Shown here piece after piece: positions 10,447 to 19,808 of a stretch of DNA of 64,000 nt. Within the stretch, counting starts at the first letter, position 1. Every line of letters starts with the position of its first letter. A program made the translations under genes and the position numbers. The notes below the pieces were generated by a model. It was given only the letters and a program-made list of their open reading frames with translations. It was not told where the DNA came from and did not search any database. Source of the DNA: Candidatus Binatia bacterium (GTDB taxonomy: Bacteria; Desulfobacterota; Binatia; HRBIN30); contig JBBRSP010000006.1 of NCBI GenBank assembly GCA_038245295.1, positions 160,001-224,000 of the forward strand, written 5' to 3'.

Positions 10447-10637
10447 TGTCATCCCGGCGAAGGAGACTGTCGATTTTCTCTGATTCATCGTTTGAAACAG
10501 CGCAAACACCCCCGTCATACCGGCGAAAGCCGGTATCTCCCCAGCATTTCCGGCCTTCCACTCGAGGAGATCCCGGCTTTCGCCGGGATGACGTTGCTTC
10601 ATTTCAGTTTATCGACAGTCTCTTCCGCCGGAATGAC
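10447..10637. repeat. REP-like palindrome cluster, near-identical to the interior of 5877-6184
   Basis: Shares GTCATACCGGCGAAAGCCGGTATC...GATCCCGGCTTTCGCCGGGATGAC and spacers with about 5925-6140. Confidence 0.85.
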
Positions 10638-10720
10638 GGAGGTAGGGCTCGTTGGCCTGAGTTGGTTCGGGCTGGAAGATGACGGCAACGGTTTCGCGCC
10701 GCTGGTGTTGGGACCAGACC

Positions 10721-11494
10721 CTACCGAGCTGGGTACCGGCCCCGGAAGAGACACACCACCTGCCGCAACCGATCGTCTAGGCGGGCGATCGCCTCGCGTT
10801 CGATCTCCGCCGGCACGCCGCCGTAGAATGCCTCGGCCACCGATCCGGTGATGCAGGTCAGCGTGTCGCTGTCGCCGCCCAGCGAGATGCCTAGGCGGAT
10901 GGCGTCCTCGAAGTCGGTAGACTCCAGGAACGCCGTCAGCGCCTCGGGCACCGTCTTCTGGCAGGTCTCGTTGAACGTGTACTTCGGACGGATCTCATCG
11001 CAGGAGCGCGACAGATCGTAGCCGGTATAGTCGATGACCCACTGACGAATCTCCGCTTTGCCGGCGTCATGGCGGCCCATAAAGATCGACCCGGCAACGG
11101 CCTGGGCGCCCTTGATGCCTTCCGGGTGATCGTGCGTCACAGCCGTGTAGAAGCGCGCCTGCTCCAGCGTCTCGCCGAGTGTCGCATAGGCCCAGCCTAC
11201 CGGGCTCACCCGCATGGCCGCGCCGTTGCCGAAGCTGTGGTACGGTCCCATCGATGGATCACCAAGCCAGCGCCGGAACATGCCGCCGTAGCCGGCGTCG
11301 GGGTAGCGCCGCCCGTAGGCGCGCATCAACGCCGCATAGTCTGCCTGCTCGAGAATGGCCTGCGCCAGCGCGATCGTCAGGACACTGTCGTCCGTGAAGA
11401 AACTGCGCTCGGTGAACAGCGGAAAATCCTTGGAGCGGTGATTGTTCCACTCGTACACAGAACCAACGATGTCGCCGACCAGAGCTCCCAGCAT
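10721..11494 (-). CDS. ADP-ribosylglycohydrolase family protein
   Basis: GALVGDIVGS, FTDD, SFGNGAAMR, THDHPEG, GGDSDT. Confidence 0.92.
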   Translation of the reverse strand: MLGALVGDIVGSVYEWNNHRSKDFPLFTERSFFTDDSVLTIALAQAILEQADYAALMRAYGRRYPDAGYGGMFRRWLGDPSMGPYHSFGNGAAMRVSPVGWAYATLGETLEQARFYTAVTHDHPEGIKGAQAVAGSIFMGRHDAGKAEIRQWVIDYTGYDLSRSCDEIRPKYTFNETCQKTVPEALTAFLESTDFEDAIRLGISLGGDSDTLTCITGSVAEAFYGGVPAEIEREAIARLDDRLRQVVCLFRGRYPAR

Positions 11495-11587
11495 CGGGAA
11501 ACGGTACCACATCGCGGCGCCTTTGCCCTGCCTCCTGACGCAACAGTCGTGGAGGCGGCAGATAGATGAGACTTCACCAACCGCTCT

Positions 11588-11694
11588 TTGCCACGGATGG
11601 ACACGGATGCACACAGATGAAGGCCCGTCGGGCCTGCGATGCTGGCGATGTCTGTTTACAAGCCATCGGTGTTCATCCCATTCATCTGTGGCAA
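11588..11694. repeat. Imperfect palindromic intergenic repeat built from CAC(A/G)GATG units
   Basis: TTGCCACGGATGGACACGGATGCACACAGATG ... CATCGGTGTTCATCCCATTCATCTGTGGCAA. Confidence 0.55.
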
Positions 11695-11885
11695 TAGGCC
11701 TGCGTTGGGTTGCGGGCAAAGCCCGCCTCGTGTCCTCCGTGGTGAAACAACCGCGGCGGTGCCTACCTGGGGAAAGTTGGACGGGGCACAACCGTTCTTT
11801 GTTGAGAAATTTCCTTGAGACCGGGTACGTTCGTGGCTAACTTAGAAGGCAGCGCTCGCAAGTGGCGCCGGTTCTTTCACAGTAT

Positions 11886-12260
11886 GGGGGCGCACTGGTT
11901 TCGACGGGGGTCTGGAAGGTTGCGGTTGCGTGCATGGGATCCTGGGTACCATTCAAAACCCCAGGGCTGCTTAACTGCAGACAATAATTTCGCACTCGCT
12001 GCTTAAGAGCAACGACGTTTCACCGGTCCGAGCCTGTAGGCCTGGCTGAAGCGACGCAAATCAGGATAAGCGGTGACCGGTGCTCGGGGGTCACTGACGA
12101 AAAATCACGAGCTGGCTCAACGGAATCTTGCCGTAAAAGCCCTCCATAGCCTCGGCGACGGAGGGTGGGAGTCCGGTGAGTAAGATTAAATCACGGAACT
12201 ACGCACGTAGACACTGTAGCTAACCGCCTTCGGACGGGGGTTCGATTCCCCCCGCCTCCA
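11886..12260 (+). ncRNA. ssrA: tmRNA, tag peptide (A)DNNFALAA
   Basis: 5' GGGGGCG pairs with 3' CGCCTCC-A (G3:U). T-arm GGGGGTTCGATTCCCCC. Tag frame GCA GAC AAT AAT TTC GCA CTC GCT GCT TAA. CCA not encoded. Confidence 0.96.
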
Positions 12261-13604
12261 TTTCCCTAACCCCTTAACTCTCTTGGGGTTTCTCTCATCC
12301 GAATGCCCCTTGGGGCCTATTTCGGGGCCTATTGTCTCGGGTTGGTCCTGCCCAAGGAAGTTCATCAACGATCGGCCATGCCCGCGACGCAGGCCCGGCA
12401 TCCAGTTGCGATAGTGACGGAAGATCATCTCTTCGGAGGTGCCGCACACCTGCGCAATCCAACCCGGGTCTTCGCCGGCGGACAAGGCCAGCGTGATGAA
12501 CGTGTCGCGGATATTGTACTGACCCCGGCCAATGACGCCGATGCTCGAAAGCGTGGGATGCCAGACGCGTTTGGCGAGCCATTCTTGCGAGAGCGGGCGA
12601 CCTTGCGAGTCCGTAAACACGTAGCCATGTAGTCCGTGGTCCAGACTGTCTTGGCGGCGGCGTTCCAACATCTCGAACAGTGCTGGATCGTAATCACACA
12701 CGACCTCGCGCTCTCCTGTCTTTGGCGCGGCTTCGAGGCCACCCAGTCGCGGCGAGCGTCCCTGGCGCAGCTCGACCACCTGACGCGCCGGAGACAACCA
12801 ATCGAAACGGAGTGCGACAATTTCGTTCGACCTCCATCCGGTGCGGAACCACATGTAGTACAGATCGCGGAGGGTCTGGCCACTCACGAACGCTTTGCCG
12901 CGCATGTCCACTTGTGGCGGCAGGTAATTGAGGAACTGTTGCACTTCCTCGACCGCCAGCGGCTTGCTCTGTTTCCGCAGATGCTTCGTGAACCGTCTGG
13001 CGCTCGCAAGCTTCGGCACCGGGTTGCTTGCGATGAGCTGTTCCTCGACCGCATCCTGCATCGCCTTGTGCAGGAGTCCCATGTGGTTGAGCACGGTCTT
13101 ACCGCTCAGCTTCGCATCCGTAAGCGAACGCTTGAAGTCCAAGCACGCCGAGGATGTGATCTCGGAGACCAACAACTCAGCCATGCGAAACTTCGGGTTC
13201 TTGAGCCACGCCTTGATGACCGAGCCCTCGTGCAACCATGTTGTCGGATGCAGATCCGCTTCAGGCATCAGCGTATTGTCCGGCCGAAATGGTGAACGAC
13301 GGGCGTACCATTTCTCGAACCACGCTCGCAGCGTGAGCTGCTTTCCGTGAGTTCCCACGCCGCCCGTAGGATAGAAGACACAGAGTTTCGTCCCGTTTGG
13401 GAACCAGGCCCTATAGTCAAACCGCTCGGCCTCGATCTCGGCATTGATCAGCTGAAGATGCACCGTCCACTTCTTCCGATACTCGGCAGTGTCGGGATCG
13501 GTGATGTACTCCTTGCAGCGTACGCCGCGCCACGTAAAGCTGAGGTAGAGATGACCGTGCTTTGCCCCGACGCCACTGCGGTTGCGGCGAACCCCTCTAG
13601 CCAT
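12186..13604 (-). CDS. Tyrosine integrase of the ssrA-inserted island
   Basis: Arm-binding N-terminus LYLSFTWRGVRCKEY; TGWRSNE, PKTG, YNIRDTF, FRHY. The C-terminus overlaps the ssrA 3' end. Confidence 0.92.
   Translation of the reverse strand: MARGVRRNRSGVGAKHGHLYLSFTWRGVRCKEYITDPDTAEYRKKWTVHLQLINAEIEAERFDYRAWFPNGTKLCVFYPTGGVGTHGKQLTLRAWFEKWYARRSPFRPDNTLMPEADLHPTTWLHEGSVIKAWLKNPKFRMAELLVSEITSSACLDFKRSLTDAKLSGKTVLNHMGLLHKAMQDAVEEQLIASNPVPKLASARRFTKHLRKQSKPLAVEEVQQFLNYLPPQVDMRGKAFVSGQTLRDLYYMWFRTGWRSNEIVALRFDWLSPARQVVELRQGRSPRLGGLEAAPKTGEREVVCDYDPALFEMLERRRQDSLDHGLHGYVFTDSQGRPLSQEWLAKRVWHPTLSSIGVIGRGQYNIRDTFITLALSAGEDPGWIAQVCGTSEEMIFRHYRNWMPGLRRGHGRSLMNFLGQDQPETIGPEIGPKGHSDERNPKRVKGLGKWRRGESNPRPKAVSYSVYVRSSVI
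12312..12333. repeat. Putative integrase arm-type sites
   Basis: Direct repeat GGGGCCTATT at 12312-12321 and 12324-12333, about 50 bp from the att core. Confidence 0.55.
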
Positions 13605-14052
13605 GGCTTCGCCCTCGGCGATGAAACGGCGCAACAGTTGTCGACGGCGCTGACGGTTCAGGTGTCTGCCGTAGCCACGCCTGGATCGCTGACCAGAAGA
13701 ACAGCAACTTCCTTCCCTTTCGCGCATAGTGCTCTCCTTGGCGAAGCTGGCCCGAAGAGACGATGGCGCGAAGCGTGCTCTCGCCCAACTTGATGCGTTC
13801 TGCCAGCTCGGCCAGCGTGAGGCACTCGTCAGGCCCAGACTGCGGCGTCGCGTTCAGGAGACGCGCCGCAAGTAAAGTCTGGATTGTCGCAAGCTCGGTC
13901 ATGAGCACTGGAATAGTCTCTCTCGATGCGTCCGTCACCACATCTTTCAGCGATTCAAGAAAGCTGGCGCTGATCGCTCCGCCGGTACGCGGATTGTCGC
14001 GCTGCGAGTCTGCGGAAGCGTCGGAGCTATGTGGTCGGATTGTCGAGTTCAT
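13597..14052 (-). CDS. Excisionase-like HTH protein
   Basis: LTLAELAERIKLGESTLR...G.HY.RKGRKLLF, overlaps the integrase start. Confidence 0.75.
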   Translation of the reverse strand: MNSTIRPHSSDASADSQRDNPRTGGAISASFLESLKDVVTDASRETIPVLMTELATIQTLLAARLLNATPQSGPDECLTLAELAERIKLGESTLRAIVSSGQLRQGEHYARKGRKLLFFWSAIQAWLRQTPEPSAPSTTVAPFHRRGRSHG

Positions 14053-14960
14053 CGGGATGGTGAGGGCAATAGCCGCGCATCGGGCGGACCTTTGCCCCTT
14101 GTGCTGCGGACGTTTTCTCCCGGCGTCCCTTCCTTACTGTAGGGAAGTCCGGCGAGCTCTCGTAAGGAATGCGGCACCGCGCTCGCGGCCGCTCGCCAGA
14201 TCGCTCCCGTGGGGTCGCTCGTCACATCGTGCAGCGAGGCAAACCACACCGGGAGGGACGCGCGCACGTGAGCCACTCGCGCCCGGTAGCGTTCAAGCCA
14301 GACGGGATCGTGTCCAACGACGAGGACGATTTCCGGTGTGTCGCTCGGCTGCCAGTGGCTCGCCGTATAGCCGTATACCTTCTTCAAGAACCGCTGCGGT
14401 GTTCTCGTCTGATGTTCGACCTCGAGAGCGAACGTTGCGTGGACCTGATCGTCCCAGCCTACATCGAAGTGCGCGTCGGGAACGATTCGTCGAAGGCGCG
14501 GCGTGCGCAGTTCCCAGTCAGACCGCCACGACAGGATCGCTCCGCCGGTTGCATCGAGCCCCCGCGCCAGGTGCACGCGGACCGTGTTGATCGCGAGGAG
14601 GTGCTCCAGGTTTCGGTCGAGGCCCCGTGGGACGCGGTAGCGCTCATCGGCCGCTCCTTCATTTGCGAGAACCAGTCGTCCCGAGTTCGCTAGACTATAG
14701 ACGTTGTCTCCCGAGAGGCTGCGTACCCACACGCGCACAAGGCCTGCGTTGAGCAATCGGCGCAGGCACTTGTTCGTCGCGGATCGCGTGCCGAAGCACA
14801 TGGTCTGGATCTGCGTCGTTGTGAGGAAGCGCATCTTCGCCAGTGCTTCGAGGAGCCACTGATCACGATCGGTCAGGCGCACACGCGCCGCGTTTGCTCG
14901 CTTGAGTGTGCGGCGAGTGCGGCAGCACTTTGACAGCAAAGCAATCGGTGTCTCGATCAT
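14049..14960 (-). CDS. Replication-relaxation family protein
   Basis: wHTH RLTDRD...RFLTTTQI, EHLLAIN, VPDA, FALEVE; ATGA overlaps at both ends. Confidence 0.82.
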   Translation of the reverse strand: MIETPIALLSKCCRTRRTLKRANAARVRLTDRDQWLLEALAKMRFLTTTQIQTMCFGTRSATNKCLRRLLNAGLVRVWVRSLSGDNVYSLANSGRLVLANEGAADERYRVPRGLDRNLEHLLAINTVRVHLARGLDATGGAILSWRSDWELRTPRLRRIVPDAHFDVGWDDQVHATFALEVEHQTRTPQRFLKKVYGYTASHWQPSDTPEIVLVVGHDPVWLERYRARVAHVRASLPVWFASLHDVTSDPTGAIWRAAASAVPHSLRELAGLPYSKEGTPGENVRSTRGKGPPDARLLPSPSR

Positions 14961-15280
14961 ACGCTCTGCACCGGGTTCTTGAGACCAACCCCGCATACCT
15001 GGCACGGAATGAAGGGCGGAGCGGCGCCGCAGACGGCGCAGCGCGTGAACGCAAAGCCATCAAACACGTATCGACAACGCCCGCATTCGAAACGACCGAC
15101 CAGACTAACTGGCGAACCGCATCCGAAGCAGGGCAACGCGTCCCGACGGGTCAGCACAACCGCGCCAGCGAGTTGCTTGGTCCAGCGGTAAAGACGACTC
15201 GCCACGCCGAATGGTAGCAGCACCGCCCAAAGGGCGAGCCGGATGGTCAGCAAGAGCGAGCGGAACATCAGATCTTCCAT
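14957..15280 (-). CDS. Membrane-anchored zinc-ribbon protein
   Basis: Hydrophobic N-terminus and four CxxC pairs; TGATG and ATGA coupling to neighbours. Confidence 0.7.
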   Translation of the reverse strand: MEDLMFRSLLLTIRLALWAVLLPFGVASRLYRWTKQLAGAVVLTRRDALPCFGCGSPVSLVGRFECGRCRYVFDGFAFTRCAVCGAAPPFIPCQVCGVGLKNPVQSV

Positions 15281-16887
15281 CAGCCGAGTCGTGGCCTTCC
15301 CCGCCGAGTTGGCGGAACGGGCTCTTGAGACACGACGACGATCGGCGGCCGAACAAGTTCCCGGAGGCGAGCTTTCCGCGCGGTGAGTTGGCGACGCAAC
15401 ACTTCTCTCGGGACGGCGAAACCGCCGTGGTCGATCCCCTGTTCCCTGATGAACGCGTCGAGCCGGTTCGCGGAGATCCCGATCCGCTCGTGTGGGGGCA
15501 CGAAGTCCGCGACTCGAACTTGGACTGCACGGTATGGTTTGCGACGATCGTACCAGTAGCACATGCGGTTCGGCAGCCGCTGTAGTTTCTCCATCAAGTG
15601 ACGGCGCATTTCGCTGCGACTGGGAACCTCCCCTGAGCGGCGCAGGGCGCTTCCCACCATTTCCGGGTCGACGTCGGGAAGGAAGTCACCGAAGAATTCG
15701 GCGTTCCGCCCCGACGTCCGAAACAGCGCCATGAGGTCGCAGTTCGCAAGCATCGTCTCCCGGAGCGCCGGCGGCACTTGCGAGAAGTTGTGCATGACGA
15801 GTGCCAGGTGCACACCGAAGCTCCGAAGCGTCGTGAGTGCCGTCGCGAAGCGGTCGGCCAGCGCCGGGGCGGCGAGCAGGTGGAAGAATTCATCGAGGAC
15901 GACGAGGTACGGACGATGTTTGCCTTCCGAGGCATAGGCCGCCTGGAACAACAGCTGAAGCAGCAGGCTGCCGAGCAAAGCCACCACCTCTTCTGGAATG
16001 CCGGCACCTTTGCCGAGAAATACGAGCAAAGGATCACCTCGTGAGATGACGTCGCTCAGATCGATGAGATCGTCCGCCCCGAGCATGAGGCGGACGTTCT
16101 CGGCGAGCAGCAATGCCTGCAGCCGAGCGGTGAGCGCATGCTTCGACGTCTCCGGGAGAATCGCGTACGTCCGAAAGAAGAACTCCTTCAGGCGTTGGTC
16201 CGCCGACCGCTCGACGAGCACACCGCGCAGCACGTCATCTTCCAGGACGGCAGGCGCCTCGACGAGCGACAGACCGGCCTCGGTGAGGAGCATCACCAAG
16301 TGACGGAGGATGTTCTCCATATGAATACTAAGCGAGGCCTCAAAGAGACGCGCGAATGCCAGGGTGACGTCGTAGGCCTGCACTTCGGCCGTCGATCCGG
16401 ATGGTACCCGGCAGATGTTCAAAGGCGGCAGCGCATCGCTGAATGGGTTGATGATCGCGAGTCGCTCAATGAAGGTGGTGCGATCCCCTGGGTTCATCTC
16501 CCACGCGATTGCGGCAGCTGACTGCAACACCATGTGAAAGAATCCCGACTTGCAATCGACGACGCCGATCGGTCGTCGTACCGAGAGTGCCCAGTCGACG
16601 CACGACGTAACGAAGGTCGTCTTGCCAGTACCGGTCCCACCCTGAACGAGCCAGTGCGCGGCGAAATCATCCGGGCTGAGTCGTAGACGCACCATTTTAC
16701 CGGCCGCGTCGCCCGCCGTGCCAATCTGCAGCGCAAGCTCTTTATCCTGACTAGTTGTAACAAAAGCGTCGTAGTCACCGACGGCTTCGCGAAACACCCG
16801 GGCGCTCGCCCTTGCCACCTCGGCTCGTGCCTTCTGGCGATCACGCGCATGGCCGCGCGCGACTTGAATCCAACGCTCAAGTGCCAT
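15280..16887 (-). CDS. VirD4/TraG/HerA-like coupling ATPase
   Basis: Walker A GGTGTGKT, Walker B VVLDEF, LRSFGVHLALVMH. Confidence 0.82.
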   Translation of the reverse strand: MALERWIQVARGHARDRQKARAEVARASARVFREAVGDYDAFVTTSQDKELALQIGTAGDAAGKMVRLRLSPDDFAAHWLVQGGTGTGKTTFVTSCVDWALSVRRPIGVVDCKSGFFHMVLQSAAAIAWEMNPGDRTTFIERLAIINPFSDALPPLNICRVPSGSTAEVQAYDVTLAFARLFEASLSIHMENILRHLVMLLTEAGLSLVEAPAVLEDDVLRGVLVERSADQRLKEFFFRTYAILPETSKHALTARLQALLLAENVRLMLGADDLIDLSDVISRGDPLLVFLGKGAGIPEEVVALLGSLLLQLLFQAAYASEGKHRPYLVVLDEFFHLLAAPALADRFATALTTLRSFGVHLALVMHNFSQVPPALRETMLANCDLMALFRTSGRNAEFFGDFLPDVDPEMVGSALRRSGEVPSRSEMRRHLMEKLQRLPNRMCYWYDRRKPYRAVQVRVADFVPPHERIGISANRLDAFIREQGIDHGGFAVPREVLRRQLTARKARLRELVRPPIVVVSQEPVPPTRRGRPRLG

Positions 16888-16895
16888 CTCGATCC

Positions 16896-17186
16896 TCAGT
16901 GGTCGCGCTGCTCATGTCGCCGTTCGGCAATCCCCGCCGGCCGACGCACCGGTGGAATGCGGAGCGGCTGTTCATCCTCGATCTCCACATGCCCATGCCG
17001 CCGTATGGTCATCCCCGCACCCAGGCATACCGCTACGATTCCCACGAGCAAGAGCCACGGCAGCACGACACTGATGACTAGAACGATTGCCTGGAAGGCG
17101 CAGCACATGAGCGGCTGCACGATGAGCAGCGCCACCACAAGCTCGACCAGCGTGTCCATCGATGCCCGGCCGCGCTCATCGTTCAT
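16896..17186 (-). CDS. Small membrane protein
   Basis: Two hydrophobic segments; ATGA overlap with the E1 gene. Confidence 0.65.
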   Translation of the reverse strand: MNDERGRASMDTLVELVVALLIVQPLMCCAFQAIVLVISVVLPWLLLVGIVAVCLGAGMTIRRHGHVEIEDEQPLRIPPVRRPAGIAERRHEQRDH

Positions 17187-18625
17187 CCGGAGGCGCCTTC
17201 CGCGTGGCCGACATCATCCAGACCAGGGATGACCGGTGGTAACTCACTCCTGCTCATGCGGTTCGGGCGCCAGGTCGGAACAAGATCACCCAGACCCAGC
17301 CGTCCTTCTGCGCTGCAGTGCAAACACCCCTTTGTTTCCGGCACGGTGATTGAGAAGATCTCCCCTTCGAGTTCGCGATAGACGAGGTACGGCCGCGGGT
17401 TCCGGTAGGGGGCGACGAGGTTGTGCAGCTCTGCCACAGCAAGCGAGGCCACCACACCGTTTAGGTGGTACACCGCGGGCGCAGCTACTCCGGTCAAGTA
17501 TCCGCGTTGCGTCAGAAGCGCCCGCTCCTCTGGTCGTGCCAGATCTTGTGCTGCACGCGTCGCGTCAAGCACACCTGCGCAGAGCAGGCACCACGCTCCC
17601 AGGGGCGGCACCACGACTTCGCCGCTGATATCGTCAAAGCGTCCGTCGTCGCCCACGCTGAGGTTGACCCCAGCGTGCAGAATCGGAATCAGATATTGCG
17701 CGGCCAAGGCGTTGAGCACGAGACGGGAAGCATCGTTGTCCGTGGCAGCGATCAAGACATCGCAACCACTGAGCGCCCTGAGCGAGCGCTCCGTGAACAC
17801 GGTACAACGCAGCGCCTTGATTTCCGCATCGTCGTCGATGCTGCGAATGTTTCGCGCCGCCACATCGACCTTGGCGATTTCTTCGGTCGCATCGGAGAGC
17901 GTGGTCGCGAGCAGTCGATTGAGGTTGCTGACTTCGACAATGTCCGGATCGACCAGCACCCAATCCCGCACCCCGAGTCGGGTGAGCTCCTCAACAATGA
18001 CACTGCCAATGCCACCCACGCCGACAATTCCCACGCGCAGCGCTCGCATCCGCGCCTGAAACCCTCTCCCAAAAGCGCCGATCTGCCGATCGAACCGAGC
18101 GGCGTCGACCGCTGACAAGCCCGCATCCCCATCGAACATCAGCATCGCTCCATCGAAGGACGGCGACGGAATTCGAACCGGCCTCGCTTCGTCATCGCGC
18201 ACCTCCCAAATGCGTGTGGCTGTGCTCGATGGATTGACGACGACCGAACCGTAAACCGTTTCAGGCAGGCGCTCCGCGAGGTAGGCAGCCATTACGAGTT
18301 CGTTTTGATCATCGATACACGAGAAATCGACGTGCGGGCCGTCACCGGGGTGCGAGTGGAAGTCGACCTGCGACAAACCCTCTTGGGCGGCCAGTTGCAG
18401 GACGTGCTGCTGCACCTCGGGTCGCAGGGTCAGACCGCCCGCCGATTGATGACTGAATGCCTCAGGCGGCATGAGTACGAGGTGACGTCCCAGAAGCCTC
18501 AGTTGTGTGCCTGTGCGGTGCAGGCCGCAGAGTACGATAGCCATTTGCTCACGCTCTCGATCGTGGAGCAGGTGCGTGCGGAGTTCTCCTCCCATGGTTG
18601 GTGGAAGGACGATTCGATAGTTCAT
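17183..18625 (-). CDS. JAB peptidase fused to ThiF/E1 adenylating enzyme
   Basis: JAB motif E...HSHP...FS..D; E1 motifs GVGGIG, DPD.VE.SNLNR, TDN..SR and two CxxC. Confidence 0.88.
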   Translation of the reverse strand: MNYRIVLPPTMGGELRTHLLHDREREQMAIVLCGLHRTGTQLRLLGRHLVLMPPEAFSHQSAGGLTLRPEVQQHVLQLAAQEGLSQVDFHSHPGDGPHVDFSCIDDQNELVMAAYLAERLPETVYGSVVVNPSSTATRIWEVRDDEARPVRIPSPSFDGAMLMFDGDAGLSAVDAARFDRQIGAFGRGFQARMRALRVGIVGVGGIGSVIVEELTRLGVRDWVLVDPDIVEVSNLNRLLATTLSDATEEIAKVDVAARNIRSIDDDAEIKALRCTVFTERSLRALSGCDVLIAATDNDASRLVLNALAAQYLIPILHAGVNLSVGDDGRFDDISGEVVVPPLGAWCLLCAGVLDATRAAQDLARPEERALLTQRGYLTGVAAPAVYHLNGVVASLAVAELHNLVAPYRNPRPYLVYRELEGEIFSITVPETKGCLHCSAEGRLGLGDLVPTWRPNRMSRSELPPVIPGLDDVGHAEGASG

Positions 18626-18636
18626 GACGGATGTCC

Positions 18637-19188
18637 TCAATTGTCGTTGGTCAACACGTCGCGCACGAGCGACAAGAAGGTCCACAGATTGTCGGAATCG
18701 CGGAAGTCGGCCGATGGCTGCCAACCGCCATCGTCAGGAGCCTTCGGCCAGACGCAATACCAGTGCCAACCTGCTGCCAGAAGATCGGGCGCACCATGAA
18801 ATGCGGAGCTGGTGAGATGTGGATCACCCCCGCCGTCGGCCAGAGGAAATTTCCTGTCGAGATAGAAACCGAGTGGCGGTGAGATCGGGTAGGTCTGTGG
18901 GAACACGACTAAGAGCTGCGCCCAGCGGTGCTGCCAGCGTTCCGGGAGCGCGAACTGTTGGATGCGAAGCCAATCGCCGTTCGCTTCGTCGAAGTCGACG
19001 CCACCGCGATCGCTGAAACGCGGCGCGATCATCAGGACCTCGTTCTGAATGCGCGTTGTGCGATCGTCGAACCCCGAGGGGCCAACGGCAGCCCGGCGCG
19101 CTGGCGCTCTGTCGGGCGTCACGTCGATCGCCGTATCATGGCCGTCTGGTATGAACAGTGCCTCAAGGACTCGGACGAATGTGCTCAT
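18637..19188 (-). CDS. Prokaryotic E2/UBC-fold protein
   Basis: WLRIQQFALPERW, LLVVFPQTYPISPPLGFY, WHWYC; lies between the Ubl and E1 genes. Confidence 0.8.
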   Translation of the reverse strand: MSTFVRVLEALFIPDGHDTAIDVTPDRAPARRAAVGPSGFDDRTTRIQNEVLMIAPRFSDRGGVDFDEANGDWLRIQQFALPERWQHRWAQLLVVFPQTYPISPPLGFYLDRKFPLADGGGDPHLTSSAFHGAPDLLAAGWHWYCVWPKAPDDGGWQPSADFRDSDNLWTFLSLVRDVLTNDN

Positions 19189-19412
19189 GAAAACCTCCCC
19201 CTGGCCTGCCCTTTGACCCGCGCCGGCGCATCGAGAAATACGTCCCCGTCGTTGATCGGAACTCTGCTGCCCTTCGGGATCATGAAGTTGCCTTCTCGCG
19301 TTCGGCGCATGAGATTGCGCTTGCCGTCGATGTTGCCGATCCGACGGATATCCGCATCGGAGGCTGACTCCGGCAAATTCACCTGACGACCGTTGATGAT
19401 TGCTGCTGCCAT
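19185..19412 (-). CDS. Ubiquitin-like (beta-grasp) protein, 75 aa
   Basis: IINGRQVNL...INDGDVF.DAP.RVKG; RBS AAGGGAG; ATGA overlap with E2. Confidence 0.7.
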   Translation of the reverse strand: MAAAIINGRQVNLPESASDADIRRIGNIDGKRNLMRRTREGNFMIPKGSRVPINDGDVFLDAPARVKGQARGRFS

Positions 19413-19452
19413 TTTGTGTTCTCCCTTTTTGTGTTGTGCTGCTGTTGAAGGA

Positions 19453-19662
19453 CTATCGGTTCCGCCCGCGGCGCTTCGGCGCGCCGCCGAAGAGTTGCTT
19501 GGCAACCTCATGGCCCAGCCCGCCAAGCTGTCGCGTCGCTTCGCCCTTGAAGCCTCGCAGTTGCCACTCGGCCTCGCGGCCAAAGCCGCGGAGCTGCCGA
19601 CTCGCTTCACGACGGATTTGGCGAACGAGCCCGCTCCGTCTGTCATCGCCTCGCTTTGCCAT
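19453..19662 (-). CDS. 69-aa basic protein with 11-aa repeats
   Basis: RBS GAGGAGG; repeats REASRQLRGFG / REAEWQLRGFK / GEATRQLGGLG / HEVAKQLFGG. Confidence 0.65.
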   Translation of the reverse strand: MAKRGDDRRSGLVRQIRREASRQLRGFGREAEWQLRGFKGEATRQLGGLGHEVAKQLFGGAPKRRGRNR

Positions 19663-19808
19663 TCTTGTCCTCCTCTCTTGTTTTTTGATCGGTCATGGCT
19701 CGCGTCGAAGCGCCGTACAGAACGCCTCACGTGTGACCGGATCCTAGAGCGGATTGAGAAAAGGGGTACGGTAACGACGGGGCTACGGAGAGGGATACTG
19801 AGGATAGG

